Positions 1 to 20,850 of a stretch of 64,000 nucleotides of DNA are shown piece after piece. The position numbers and the translations under genes were made by a program. This stretch comes from Macrostomum lignano. Taxonomy: Eukaryota. The stretch lies in NCBI GenBank assembly GCA_002269645.1, contig NIVC01001299.1, forward strand, positions 30,804-94,803, in the 5' to 3' direction. The notes under the pieces are model-generated. The model was not told where the DNA came from, made no database searches, and worked only from the letters and a program-made list of their open reading frames with translations. The stretch's first letter is position 1; every line of letters starts with the position of its first letter.

Positions 1-497
1 AATATTGTCTTGAAGTCCCTGGGTTATTGGGGGCACCCTTATTGTAACTTCCGAAATGATTTCTAACAACTGATCCCCAGGTCAGTTTGATTGGTGGATG
101 GCTTTTGCAACCAATCGGATTTTGCATTTATCCTGTAATTTCCTTGTAACCCCCCCCCTGCCTCGATGCCCTGTCATGCGTAGCAATGAGGAATGGTAGC
201 TTGGGAAATTTTGGGGATCTGTCTGCTTTTGAGGGATCGACTTGGCTTGCCTACTAAAGCTTGTCTTGCTGTATGTCTTTAGCAACCTACATGTAAATCG
301 GTGAACTTACATGTACATCCTGAGCAACCAGATTGGTGATCCTGGGTCCCATGTCAGGTCCCTGGCAACCAGAATTGTGTCCCTCGATCCCGTTCGTGAC
401 CCTAGAAACCTGATTAAAGCCCATGGATCCGAAATTGGCGTTTTTGACTACTAATGCCAAATTAGCGTCCTTAGAAACCCAGTTAGTGCCTCTAGAT

Positions 498-847
498 CAA
501 GGGGTCGGCAAACATATTTACCCCAAGGGCTAGATAAGGAAACCAGCGGGCCATATGAGAGAGGAAAAGAGAGGGAATACGAGCTCATAGAGAAGGAGAG
601 ACGAGAACAGAGGCGAGAGATGGGATGAGAGAAAGGCAAAAGATAAGAGGAGAAAAGAGGAGAGAGAGGGGAGGGGGAGGAAAGGGTAGAGGGAGAAAGG
701 GGAGAGTGGAGGAAGAGAAGAGAGGGAATAGGAGAGGGCAGAGAGGAGAGGAGGAGAGAAGAGCGAGAGCTGAAGACAGACATGAGAGGATAGAGAGGCT
801 TCGCAGGCTGCACGTGGCCCGCGGGCTGGATTTCGCCGACCCCTGCA
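498..847. mobile_element. hAT (Charlie-like) non-autonomous element with GA-rich interior
   Basis: Ends CAAGGGGTCGGCAAAC (498) and TTTCGCCGACCCCTG (831-845). Flanks CTCTAGAT (490-497) and GTCTAGAT (848-855) match the NTCTAGAN target consensus of Charlie-type hATs. GA-rich low-complexity interior about 555-800. Confidence 0.7.
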
Positions 848-1725
848 GTCTAGATCCAAAATCGGCATCTCTAAATCCTGAATCGGGTTCACTTGGCAAC
901 TAAGTTGAACCTTGGTTTTAGTAATTATCGATGGAAACAGAAACCGACCGAAATGTCCGAAAGGCATGCAAATTGGACACAAAAATGTCTGTAGTTTTGC
1001 TACATGTGCATGGGTACATCCAATTCCCCACTCTGTAATATGAAGTAGATATACGATTGCTAAAGATATTTGGAACGTTTTGGTAACCACATTTAGAATC
1101 TTCCAGCACAGAAAATTGACAACGCCTCTATCGGTTGTACCTCAGCTATTTGCCGCACGAAAGATAAGCAAAAAAGAAACGGTTAGTTATCAATTAAGCT
1201 TCTTTTTCTATCAGTCTGTCCAACTTTATGATGCATAACCTACATGTATAACCCTAGTCAGAGATTTCTACGCCTTAGAACTTGGCCGATAAAATCCTAT
1301 CCAATTGACTGCTTGGAACCGATAAAAGTTCCCTTCTTCCGCGCCGCGGCGGTGTCGTCTTTAAGTCAAATTATAACTGCGATGCGCATGTAAATTGACT
1401 TTCCTGGTAGTATAGCGCGCGAGCCTGTCGTATTCTGACTTCGATCGCGTCTGGAAGAGAAAGTTGCTATCGATTGATTATCCAGTTTTGTCCAAGAGCA
1501 GCCTTGCTATCCCCTTTCCCTAGTTAACGCTAATCGGGTTTCCTGTCTTGAGAAGATTTACAGCTCCCGATAAGCGGCCAAGTTTTGCTACACGGCTAAG
1601 GAAGTTCGAAAAGTGCTTTTAACGTTAATTAGAATTTATGCTCAGCTGGTTGGTTTACCCATGGAGGCCTCCTAATCGGTGAATACAACGATGGATGACA
1701 ACGTTAGACTTGCCACATCGGCCAA

Positions 1726-2600
1726 CAGGGGGGTGTCGCCATGGATTTTATGCTTAGGTGGGGGAACAAACCTAAGAATTTTACATGACTAAATTCCTAC
1801 ATTACTTTTTGGGAATCGGTGTTGTTACTCATTTTAACGCCACAGGCACTCATTTTAACGCCACAGGCACTCGTTTTGGCGCCGCAGGCACTCATTTTGG
1901 CGCTACATGCACTCATTTTGGCGCCGCAGGCACTCATTTTGGCGCTACATGCACTCATTTTGGCGCCGCAGGCACTCATTTTGGCGCTGTAGGCACTTAT
2001 TTTGGCGCCGCAGGCACTCATTTTGGCGCCGCAGGCACTCATTTTGGCACCGCAGGCAGTCACTTATTTTGGCGCCGCAGGCAGTCACTTATTTTGGCGC
2101 CGCAGGCAGTCACTTATTTTGGCGCCGCAGGCAGTCACTTATTTTGGCGCCGCAGGCACTCATTTTGGCGCCGCAGGCAGTCACTTATTTTGGCGCCGCA
2201 GGCACTCATTTTGGCGCCGCAGGCACTCATTTTGGCGCCGCAGGCAGTCACTTATTTTGGCGCCGCAGGCACTCATTTTGGCGCCGCAGGCAGTCACTTA
2301 TTTTGGCGCCGCCGGCAGTCACTTATTTTGGCGCCGCTGGCACTCATTTTAGCGCCGCAGGCAGTCACTTATTTTGGCGCCGCAGGCACTCATTTTGGCG
2401 CCGCAGGCAGTCACTTATTTTGGCGCCGCCGGCAGTCACTTATTTTGGCGCCGCAGGCAGTCACTTATTTTGGCGCCGCTGGCACTCATTTTAGCGCCGC
2501 AGGCAGTCACTTATTTTGGCGCCGCTGGCACTCATTTTAGCGCCGCAGGCAGTCACTTATTTTGGCGCCGCAGGCACTCATTTTAGCGCCGAAGGCAATC
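1726..2600 (+). mobile_element. Minisatellite-carrying non-autonomous element (21/25-bp GGCACTCATTTTGGCGCCGCA array)
   Basis: Starts CAGGGGGGTGTCGCCATGGATTTTATG, similar to the start of the 18804 copy. Array of 21-bp units and a 25-bp variant (GGCAGTCACTTATTTTGGCGCCGCA) at about 1820-2600. Right TIR not found. Confidence 0.6.
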
Positions 2601-3644
2601 ATTTTGTACATGCGATTTTTCCTAGCTACGTTGATAGTACATGTACAAGCGTAATTCCCGGCGTTTAGTTTGTGTTTGTGTTATGGAATGATTAGTTTAC
2701 TAGTCCAAGCAAAGGACATAGTATCCGCAGATGCTGTCCAACGTAATTAATCGTAATTAGGCCTCACACGGTAAGAAAATTCCGAGCAGTGAAATTTGAG
2801 AAAAATTGATATTAAACTGAAACGAGAAAGCTTTTAAATGCATTTAAAGTAAGTTGAGCATTCATGCAAATTCTTTCTCAGTTTACAGTATAAAAATTAG
2901 TTGCGCCTGGCGGCAGGAAGCCAGTGCACATCAAGGCTACATCAAGGACGTAGCTCAAGTATAAGAAGGACGTGGGAAGCTTTTAATAGAAGGCAGAACC
3001 TATGTTCATCTTTTGATATGCTGTGCCTTTCTTATATCTCTATAATATAGCTTAGAAATTTAGGATTCTATGTTAATTTTACATCCTAAATACACAATGT
3101 ATATTTACCTAAAATTGATAAGAATGGCCCAGCTTGACTCATATAGGTTTTATGAATCTATATTTATCGTTATTATTAGTCCTTGGGTTAGATGTGTGCT
3201 GCTTGGATTAGTTTCCTCATCATTTCATTCCTGCAGAAGTGCTCCAATTGGTTGATCAAGAGAGGTAGGCAATCAGTAGAGTAAAGCGTGCAGTATATAT
3301 TTCTTAATTTGTATGCATCGACTTGTTCAGTTTCAGTTGACCGATTTTATTTGACTGTATGGCTAGCTGAAGGATTGCGCTAAGTTGGTTTATATAAGTC
3401 GTGTGTTTTGAGTACTCAGTCATTGGGAACTGTTGCTTAATTTGATGGGAACTGAGGCTGCTGTGTTGGCATCTGTATGCTTAAACATGCGCAGCTCCCA
3501 TTGCACTTGATAGGCAGAAAAATCAATCTTCTCAGTCAGTCTCAGGAAATTTTCTAGTCGAATTTCTTGTCGAGTTTTTAGTAGTCAACCGACATTTGCC
3601 AGCAAGCTATAGGATTATTCATTCTGTTCTAAATCATTCATGCG

Positions 3645-4496
3645 TGTGACAGTTTTATGACCTCCCCCCTATCTCCAAAATCTTTTCCTGCCTGGTACGT
3701 AATACCCCATCATAAATCGTTTTTCTCTGCTGCGCGCTATACCCCAATTTCTCGTCCAATCACAGCGCGACGACTGACGGGTGACGTCATCAGGGCTGCT
3801 CGGTAACGGAGGTCAAGGACAAGTCACGGCTTTCAAAATCACGCATCACGCTTACGTGATCGCGTGACGCGTGATCTCAGGGCTATAAATAAGAGCTGTT
3901 TTGAGCTCTGAGAGGCAACGTTCTATGTTCACAGACCGTTTCCTTCCCCTTTTGTTTCCTTTTCCCCCCTTTGGAGCTGTAACAACCGTTCGGAGCCCGT
4001 TCTCCCTTTTCGGTGCTGAGCTAAACTTCCCTTGGCTTTGACCTCCTGACGCGTCTCATCTGGACGGAGGTCGTCCGTGACTGCAGCCGCCGCCATGACC
4101 ATCCTACGACCACGCAGGCCAAACAGCCCCTGGCCGTCGGCCGCGTCTGGAAGGTCTTGCTGAGGATCAGAGCTAAGTGGAAGATTACATAGTATGAGCC
4201 GAATTATCACGAGTGAGCTCTAGGACCTGCATTTCCCCAGCCAATACAGCATCGAACCCATCTATGTATAGGAGGAAAAAAATTAAGATGGCGTTATCTA
4301 TTATCCATTTTTGGAATCCTGGGGCTCAAGGAGGGAATTGTAGTCTAAAACCTCTCACGAGCTAAAAGAACCCTTCTCTATTTAAAAGTCCTCATTTCCA
4401 GCACTGACATAGACAGCGGTCCTTGTATGCCTCGTATACAGTCCCTTAGTCGGCCATTTCTAGTACAGTTGGGTTCAAGAATCCTCGTCTGTTACA
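3645..4496 (+). mobile_element. LTR-like dispersed repeat, copy 1 (uninterrupted)
   Basis: Clear homology of 3760-4470 to 49710-50235 plus 60420-60870. Putative termini TGTGACAG...CTGTTACA are a 7/8 inverted match. No TSD, PBS or PPT found, so the LTR identity is tentative. Confidence 0.5.
3756..3889 (+). promoter_or_regulatory. Pol II promoter-like motif cluster within the LTR-like repeat
   Basis: CCAAT 3756-3760, TGACGTCA (CRE) 3782-3789, CACG/CGTG-rich tract, TATAAA 3884-3889. CRE and TATA are conserved in the second copy. Confidence 0.45.
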
Positions 4497-6223
4497 GACC
4501 GGGGTGTCCCGTATCGTTAGTGACAGTTTTTCCCGAGGTGTACATGTACTCCCTGCTGCGGTGTTGGTGGCAGCCGCGCCTCTGGCGTGTATCTTCAAAC
4601 ATAACCGCGGGGCCCGCTGTCTAGATGATGGGATCTCGGACGCAAACGTCAACTACCAGACAAAGTCTAAGGGATGACGCCTAGCGGCTGTACCTTTCAG
4701 CGGCACAGCCCAGGGGAATTAGAACAGGCGTTTTTCTGCAGCCAGGGTTGCGTCAAAACATAATGTATAAAAACAAACCTGATCAGCTTTGCCATTCTTG
4801 ATTTAATTATTTCAACGTCGGATCCGATCGGTAGCCAAGTTTCAGTAATTGATGCATAATGGATCAAATTGTTAATATGGCGTAGTATAACTTTAAGTGT
4901 TGATTACCATGTACATGTACATAGCTAGGAAGCTACAGTATATACATGTATAGCCTGCAGCTTTTAGGATCAAGTGTGTCGAGCAGTCCATCATGATGAT
5001 GGGATCCAGTTCAAAGGGTTGGATCAGATTTTTCATGCATAGTCTAGTTCTGAAGAGGAAATAGACTTTGTCTTTGACTCAGATGCTTGCCAAAGGTTTC
5101 CCACGGCGTCCGCATTAAGTTTAAAATATTCTGTTGTCTTCCAGAACCGTAGGAATTAAAAATGAACTTTCCAGTTGAAAATTATTCAATAAAAATAAAG
5201 CATGCGATGCTTTAAACTATCTTTTTCTAAATGCATGATACTCTGATGCGTATACTTTAATGCCCTAATTAAAAAAGTTTTTAAGCCTGTTAGACAATGT
5301 TCAATAATCTAGCTCACGATGCTGGCGATATCTACTAATGCATTAGCTTCTAGATAAAAAATCTGAATTTAGCTCGTAATATTATAAAAAATTTTAAACT
5401 AAAATTATCCTTACATTACAATCATCCGAATCTTCGAATGCATGTGTAAATTTGTTTTAACACTCTGAATCTATTAAAAACAAGTAACGCACTTTTTCAA
5501 CATGATTTTTACCATCTTTTTTAAGGTGGCAAAGCACGTTTTCGACGGCCACGGACAGGGCTCTCATCATAATTTTATTGTAAAATTTGAAAAGAATATG
5601 ATTACACCGTTTCGAAAGTATTATAAATAATTTTGCTGTAAGTATCACAGTTATCACAGTTTTTATTTAATAAAGTCGGTATTGAAACTGAATTTACAAT
5701 TGTGTTTTGTTTGTGAAATCGATATCCACTGATAATAATAGATTTGCTTAATCGAATAAATAGAAATATCTGTAATAAATAAAATAATTTTGAATGAAAA
5801 GTTACTAAGTGTTATAAAAGCAAAGTGCTTATTGAAATTTCCAGCCCTCCATCTCTGTATTAGATAAAAAGTTCAATGTATAAAGTTATAAACTACAATT
5901 GTTAAGTTAGAATTTATGCATGCAAATTTCAAGTCCTATTTAAAATGCTTAGTTTCAGCAGTTGTTTATGGCTTTTATGGTATTGTGTAACTTTGAAGTA
6001 CTTTGTATACTTAATTCTTTTGCGCTGCTTGCCTTCTTATTCAGCTTTCAGCCCTAAACAAAAAAGAATAAATGATTAGTCTTTAATATTTTTATATTCT
6101 TTTAGTCTTTTATAACTTAAAAAATTAATATAATTATCACTTTGAGGATTTAAGTTAATTCAGTTAAATAAAATAAAATCCCACAGTTAGCAGACGTCAA
6201 TTCCATAACGATCGGCAGCGCAG

Positions 6224-13257
<7,034 letters not shown>

Positions 13258-15836
13258 CGACCTTGACACGAGAGACGAGTCAATGTTCACCTCCAGTTCC
13301 AGTAGCATGTTCAAACGATATCTTGTTAGTAAAGTAAAACAAACCAAACCTTTTTTTCAAAAGCTTTAAAAAACCAATTACAGCTAAAAGTTTTTTACTG
13401 TATGGCCAGCTGAAGCAATAGATCGCTATACTCGAGTTTTTTTTTAAAATAAGCTAAAGATCTTAGTACATGATATCCTCTACAGATGAGAAGTTGGATT
13501 TAAGGCCTACCTGAGTAGAAGATCGGGAAACTAGGTTACTTTTAAAAAATTGAGGCAGGTTTGCGTTTTCATTGTTTTAGGACACTGTTAATTTTATATC
13601 CTACATGTACGTACATATGTCCTGTGCCTAGAAGTAAAAAATCGTTCTTTATGACTATGTAACAAAAAAGTGTAGCAGAATGATAAAATAGATTCATAAA
13701 ACCAATAAGAACATCAGTAAAGCTAGCTATAAATTGAAAGGCAAGTCATTTATAGAAAAAAGGAACATTGAGTCTACCTTTTATCAAAAGCTATACCAAT
13801 ATGAAAACTCTCCTATGCAAGATCTCCTGACAAAAAAATTAATTTAAGTTCCTGTGCTATTCTCGTAAAGTCTCTAAAGTCTCGTTCATATAATTTCAAC
13901 AACTTCCAGCAGGTTTCACAACAAGTAATTATATTAGCATGCAGTTGAACAGCATTTTATACTTCACGTTTTATCAGTTTTTATTATTTTGCTGTTATCA
14001 TTGCCAACCAATTATTTATAACCACGGTTTTACGTTAAAACAGTAGCTGCATGCCTAACTTTTGCTCATGTTATTAATTTTCACAATTACTATTGCACGA
14101 ACAGTATATATATTACTATTTACATGATATTACATGTTACAGCCTAGCTATCTCAATTTTCAGTATTTTAGACCCCAAATTTCCGTTACAAACTCTGATT
14201 GTGTACATAGAAAATTATTTTTTAGACAATATAATTAGATTTGAAAAATCAGCATATTCAAGTTTTAACAAGAATTATATACTCGTAAATTTAATCGGAA
14301 AGTATTTTTAACAATTGTGTCACAGATTCTGGTACTAAAAACTGTTTTTTTATTTCACCATTTTCACACACTATCGACGTCTTTTTTTCATTCAAATTTC
14401 GAAAAATTAGATTTAGATTGTCTTTCAAAGAAAATGAATCTGACTATTTTTAGTTGACGAAATCATTCGACTTACGAGCGTATTAAAAATTTAAAACTCT
14501 TCAAACTTTTTCTTACGTCTGACCAACAAAACTTCAAAATACAATGTTTTGTATTGAATTTTAAATTTTGCCTCTTTGTTGAAACGTAAGAATATGCATG
14601 GCTGTGTACTTAAATGTTCGTAACTTGCGCAATTTTTAATTCTGTGGTTCATTTTACAAACAACGATATAAGAAATCTAAAGCTGATATTACCATTATTG
14701 CATGAATTCCCAGCCGAAAATGTTTGGTGTTAAATTACACTTGATCCTATTAAAATTGTTACGCAAAATTGACAGTGTATTTCTTCCAGAAACTTTGAAA
14801 CGCGCTTATTGGTCCCCGAGTAACTTTTGAAGCTAAGAAATCAATATAGCACTCCATTGAGTATTGGTAGGAAAATATGAACTACTCGTACATTACGAGC
14901 ATATAGATCACACTTCATTGTTTGCTGTTGCGCTTAAAAAATATAATAGAGCATCTATACTAGCTGACTGCACCGAACTACTGCACATCAGTAGCATTGG
15001 AAGATTTTTTGTTTCACCCTCTGGAACTACTTTCCTTGAATTTCACAGCTAAAGTACAAAAAAGCCGGAAAATAATTAATACGTTAGAACAGGGTCGATT
15101 TAAAAGCGCGAATATTTACAGCAGACTGCGTAAAAACTATGGAATGATGTCCGCATTGAAAAGGCACAGATATATACTAGCAGCAGACTTAAGAGTAGTC
15201 TCATAAAACAACTCCAAGGTCGTTTAACTAACTATTAGAATTCGATGTCCGGCAGATGTACAGTCAAGCAGGGTTAAGCAGGTAAAAATAGCTCATAAAT
15301 TTTTTAGAAAGAAATCAAAGCACTTATTAAAGTAGATTATAAAACCGAGCGTCGCTTACAGGCACTGCAGGAGTTGCTTGTGCGTGTACTTTTAGTAGTT
15401 ATGTGATCAAAGGCAATGTATGTACATGTAAAGGCCTGTGCTTATATTAGTCATAGATATAATAATAGTACAACCAACGCATATCGCTGACTCCTGATGA
15501 GCACATGCAAGCGCGCAATACTGTACACAGACACGCACTCTTACACACTCGTCAGGCATGTGTCACACTCTCCGTGCCTTAGGGCCGATTTGTCCTCATG
15601 GCTGGAATCGTACAACAGCTCCCCCAGGCCAATTTTCGTACACACACGCAATTTGTGCGTTATTAAATAAATAAATTAGGCAATGAATAGTTATTATTAA
15701 ATTATGAGTAAAAAGCATTAGCACAAAATTAACCGCAACTGAAAGACGCAGTGCAAAGTTGAATTGGCATGCAGACAGACGGGACAAATACTGTTGTTGT
15801 TTTCCTTTCGAGATGACGTATCAGCCCTGTGAATAT

Positions 15837-18800
15837 TTACAAGTGTTTGTGCCTTGCATAAGCTGCTACGGCACTTTTTCGACGAAACGACACCTTCTTG
15901 AGCTTGGCTTTGTAGTGCTCGTTCTCGATTTCGCGCACGTGGTTGGCTGGAAACCAGCCGCGATGACCCAGCTGAGTGAGCCGGCTGCCCAGGTACCAAC
16001 CTGTGGTGAGGGTGTAGGGGACGGAGAGAGGCGTGGGCGCAGTGTCTCGAAATATAAGAGATTAAGAAGGCTACCATTTTTACGTATTACCAGTCCCTCA
16101 TTCCTTGGCTTTACCTCGCTTATCCCTAGTTGACCCAAAGTTTCAGTTTTGCCTGTATTTTTTTAGTCCCAACGCGACAAGGCAGGAGGTTTTCTTTTCC
16201 CAGATCCCAACTGGTCTATGCCAGTATAGAAACTCCCAAACCCCTTGTCATTACTAGTAGGGTAAAAGCGTATCTACGTAGCTATCAGCTCTATCACAAA
16301 AGAGTTTAGTCATCAAGGTGGACAAGGAGCAGCAATCGATGCACCTGGCCCGAACTCCAGATAGTATATAACACTCCTGGGTGTTGACTCTAATAGAGGT
16401 GTGAATCGCATGGGAAATAATCAAACACATTTTTTGTACATAAGGACCCCATTAAATCGAACCTGCTAAACTCATCATGCAATCTGATGGGTGCACAAAA
16501 AGCATCAGAATTAAACTAACCATCCTCAGTCTTCTTGTAGATGTTAACAATGTCCCCTCGTCGCAGTTCCAAGTCGTCTTTCTGCTGAGCGGTATAGGCC
16601 CGGATCGCCTCGGCCTGAGGACAGTCGTCGGGCTCGTACACCGGGTCGCCCAGCTCGTCCCGAGGGCTGAAGATCATCAGCCATCGCTCAGCTTCCTCCC
16701 TGCTAGGCATCTCCAGCACCAGAGAGACTGGCGGAGTACCGTCTGAGCTGTCTACCATGCGAAGTCTCAGAGTTGGCTTTTGAGAGGACTCATCAAAGGT
16801 TGAGTAGGATGCGTTGGACAGGTATTCAACGTCCACATAGGCTCGTGGACAGTGCTTCAGCACTTGGAAGCCTTGGTCGCTAAAAATTGTGTATTTAAGA
16901 AAGTTAATCAAGGCTAAACTCCTCAAAACCACTCCTGATTTTAAAATGAGATAAAAATCCTTCAAGCTTAGGATGTCGAGAAAATTTTCACACATCCGCT
17001 TTGTAACAGAATTTCTCAAGATCTTGTGAAAGGGCGCTAAAAAAACAAGTACGTACTGCTACTAACAATAGATAGATGGTTTGTAACTTTATCCAGTAAT
17101 ACGCAATCATAATTTCGAGGGCAGAATAACCCAACTAGAAAGAGCGGAAACTTACCTCTTTGGCTTGGACACGATAAGCAGGTCTGAGAAGGCGTGCAAT
17201 TGCAGGTAGTTCTTTCGTAGGAACATCTTCGCTACGAAGCCCTGCGTGTTCGGCGTAGCGCTGATCACTCGAACCTGCGCCTCACGGATCAGGTGACGGC
17301 CACCGCCCCAGCAACCGACTTTCTGGAGAAGAAATAAAAATTTTCAAAAATCAATTAAATGAGACGGAATCTCTGAAATCTAAATTTGAATGAAAAAAAC
17401 TTGCCTTGACTTTAGTAAAGATAAGCTGATTCTGAAGTTTGAGCATCTGCTCCTTCTCAGACATCATCCGTGACTCCTGGTCGCACTCTCTGGCCAGGGT
17501 GAGCAGCTGGCCCAGCGCCAACATGCTGGCGCCATAGTTTGGATCATCCTGCGACATCCTACGAACCACAGCGTCCATAAGCAGCTGCAGACTCATCACT
17601 CGCTTCATCGGCATCTCCAGGTAGCTCTGCAGGGCAATCCGGCGACAGTCGGGCCGCTGCTCCAGCTCGCCGAGCTCATTCACAAAATCGGCATTCTCGC
17701 AGAGTTTGTGCAGAGTCTTTGTCTGATAGTAGAAATTCCGGCAATAGTCTTTATAAACTTTCAGGCTCTCGATGCTGTCTAGGATAACTTGGCTAATCCA
17801 TTCCATTCTCGGGCTCTTCTTCCATTGCTCTTCCATGGCTTTGAGAAATCTGTTGAGGAGTTGATTTTGTCAGTTGAAGATACTATATTAATCAGATGTA
17901 GTCAGACTGATTGGTTAATTTGTGCTCTAGACTACTAAAAGTAAGTCGAATAGCACGAGAATAAGTATAAGGTCTGCGACACAGCATGTTGTCACTGTGA
18001 AACTTTAGTCGGGCGTTAACAACGCAAGGAGCAGCACAAGAAGCCATCACTGAAAATTCCATGCTGCACCTGAATCGGAAACCATCGCGGAAGGTCTGAG
18101 CAATGGTGCTTGTGCTCGACCGAGGAGAGGGGTCTGAGGAGGGGGGGGGGGATTCTGTGCGATTCTGGGTGGCCCCAAACCCTCCTGTGAGTACTTAACT
18201 TAACACTAATACCCCGAGTGAGGGTTTTAGCCTAGTGGTTAGAGCGTCGGTCGACTCACAACTGAAAGGTCAGGTTTTCGATTCTCGACACACTCGGAAA
18301 AATTTGTGTTATTGAGCAAGACACTTAACTCTGCATTGCTTCAGTTTACCCAGCTGTAAAATGGGTGCCAGCATTAGCTGGGGATAATTGAGGTTGCGTG
18401 AAGCGATCCCACCCCCCCCACTCCTTGGACTATACAGCCGTACACTGTCTTTAAGCTGTCGGTGTCACATCAGTACATTAGGGTAGGTTTAATAATCAAT
18501 TATTATTTTTTCTATTAGCACTCATAAACAGGCAGATATAATATCTAATTAGAATCGATGAAGTGGCGAAGCTATTTTATTCGGAGAAACATTGACCGAG
18601 AAACTGACATCTATGCTGTCAAGTGCATGTCAAGGGTAAACACTCTGGTAGATAAGACTTGATGGAACGCGTGTCGCTCGCATGGTTGCACACTAATGCG
18701 ATTTTCGCGCCACACTAGCAGTATATGAACAGTTCAAGTAGGACACTACACTCGACTTTCTTAGAAATGAGCTGGGAACAGGTATAGGAACGTTATGACT

Positions 18801-20789
18801 ATTCAGGGGCGTCGCTAAGGATTTTATGGTGGATTTTGTGCATTTTATGGAATGGCACAGGCATTCCTTTTAGCGCCGCAGGCATTCATTTCGGCGCCGC
18901 AGGCATTCATTTTGGCGCCGCAGGCACTCATTTTAGTGCCACAGGCACTCATTTCGGCGCCACAGGCATTCATTTTAGCGCTGTAGGCACTCATCTTGGC
19001 GCCGCAGGAATTCATTTTGGCGCCACAGGCACTCATTTCGGCGCCATAGGCATTCCTTTTATTGCCGCAGGCACTCATTTTAGCGCCGCAGGCACTCATT
19101 TTGGCGCCGCAGGCACTCATTTTGGCGCCGCAGGCACTCATTTCGGCGCCATAGGCATTCCTTTTATTGCCGCAGGCACTCATTTTGGCGCCGCAGGCAC
19201 TCATTTTGGCGCCGCAGGCACTCATTTCAGCGCCATAGGCATTACTTTTATTGCCGCAGGCACTCATTTTGGCGCCGCAGGCACTCATTTTGGCGCCGCA
19301 GGCACTCATTTCGGCGCCATAGGCACTCCTTTTATTGCCGCAGGCACTCATTTTGGCGCCGCAGGCACTCATTTTGGCGCCGCAGGCACTCATTTTGGCG
19401 CCGCAGGCACTCATTTCGGCGCCATAGGCATTACTTTTAGTGCCACAGACACTCATTTTTTCTTTGGCGCCCTGAAGAAAACTTATTGATTGCCACAGCA
19501 GGTCACAAAGTGGGGTGGGATGGGCCGGGACAAAGCATTTGCATGTCCCCCCCACCCCCATAGCTTTTACTGAGGGGGACATGTCCCCCCTGTCCCCCCA
19601 GTTGGCGACGTGCCTGTGAATTTTCGTAGACACTTGTTGTATAGCCTATACACGCATTGAACACAATTTTAGACCAGAAAACTATCAGAATTTTCCTGTG
19701 AAGGTTTGTCATACTTTCAAAATCTCTCTGTTTCTTGTCAACTTTGTTAAATATTGGGTTTTTTTTCCAAAAAATCTGTTTGTCTGAATCCAATGGAAAT
19801 CTGGAAAACTTTTCAGCAACCGATTTTTTTTTATTTTTCATTCCTTATAGTTCCATATAATCGTACAAAGTCAAGATGTTGGCTGCCATGTGATGAAGTT
19901 GCTTGGGTCTTGACGCATGTATCTAATTAAAAAAATCCAACAGTTCACTTACGAGGTTGAGCACTCAATGATGTCCACGATATTTGAGAACAGATGGTGC
20001 TTATCCAGAGCCTTAACCAGTGCATTTTGGCGTGTGTGATCAAACAGGGAACTGTTGTAGAACACGTCAACTAAGACCAGCAAGTTTTTGTAGTAAGACG
20101 CCTCCGAAGTGATGAATTCGAACTGGGCCTGAAATTATGTTGAAAATCAGATCGATTTTTCAGATGCATTTTGCTAATTGAATCAATATGTTTGGTAGAT
20201 GCATACATTAGCAAGGTCGTAGTTTGTAGCTAGGGCGCACCCAGTGCTAAAGCCCCTTCCTGGTGCTAAAGCCCCTGGTGCTAAAGCCCCTGGTGCTAAA
20301 GCCCCTGGTGCTAAAGCCCCTGGTGCTAAAGCCCCGGGTGCTAAAGCACTTGGTGCTAAAGCCCCTGGTGCTAAAGCCCCTGGTGCTAAAGCCCCTGGTG
20401 TTAAATCCCTAACCATATGAGAAATCCTGTCTCTACTACAAGCTAGTTACAACTTGTTTTTTGTACTTGTTTTTCAAAGCAACGTACCTCCTTCAGCTTG
20501 ACCTCATCCTTAGACAGCGATTCCAACAGTCCAGCTTCGGCAACTTCTGGCATGTTTCGCCAGAGAGTTCGGCTGGGCCCGCTGCTGGTCAGCCTTCCGG
20601 CCAGCTCACCGCCTCGCTGGTCTTGCAGCTGCGGCTGCTGCGACTCGTCTGACAAGTTTCCTGACTGTTCGGCTAATCTTAAAGCTGAACTCCGGTTATT
20701 CGTTGCACCAACAGAAGTGGCTGATGTTGTAGCAGCAGATCCGTGATTCTCATGAAGATCGCCCTCACTATCCGACGTCTGTAACGCGC
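15837..20789 (-). CDS. Ephexin-family Rho guanine nucleotide exchange factor (DH-PH-SH3), confident 3' portion
   Basis: Exons (minus strand) 20789-20488, 20128-19953, 17849-17405, 17322-17156, 16879-16521, 16000-15837 splice in frame. Ephexin-type motifs LWRNMPEV..GLLESLS, FEFITSEASY, HHLFSNI, LQSYLEMPMKRV; SH3 AIRAYTAQQKDDLEL..GDIVNI...DGWYLG...RGWFP; TAA stop at 15839-15837. Confidence 0.88.
18221..18510 (+). mobile_element. tRNA-derived CORE-SINE, copy A
   Basis: tRNA-like head with A box (TAGCCTAGTGGTTAG) and B-box-like GGTTTTCGATTC. CORE-like TTGAGCAAGACACTTAACTC...CAGTTTACCCAGCTGTAAAATGGG; AT-rich tail. Confidence 0.85.
18804..19616 (+). mobile_element. Non-autonomous TIR element carrying the 21-bp minisatellite (hAT-like)
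   Basis: Imperfect TIRs CAGGGGCGTCGC / GGCGACGTGCCTG; flanks TGACTATT / TGAATTTT (6/8). 21-bp array about 18855-19450; subterminal palindrome GGGGACATGTCCCC. Located in a RhoGEF intron. Confidence 0.7.
20241..20410. repeat. 15-bp minisatellite (GCCCCTGGTGCTAAA)n
   Basis: About 11 visible units; reverse complement of the first units of the 26.2-kb array. Confidence 0.9.
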
Positions 20790-20850
20790 CTGAAGTATGG
20801 ATTAAACAAAACTACAATATAAGCGGAAACTCCGAGACGCGTGATTTACA

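Noticed and set aside
1785-2586. Long ORFs with HFGAAGT / MSACGAK heptad repeats (also 18836-19633)
   Set aside because: Translation of 21-bp non-coding minisatellites; open in several frames and on both strands, with no splice context.
2780-3560. Possible decayed transposase fragments on the minus strand
   Set aside because: Only short stop-riddled frames and no diagnostic motif that I can support.
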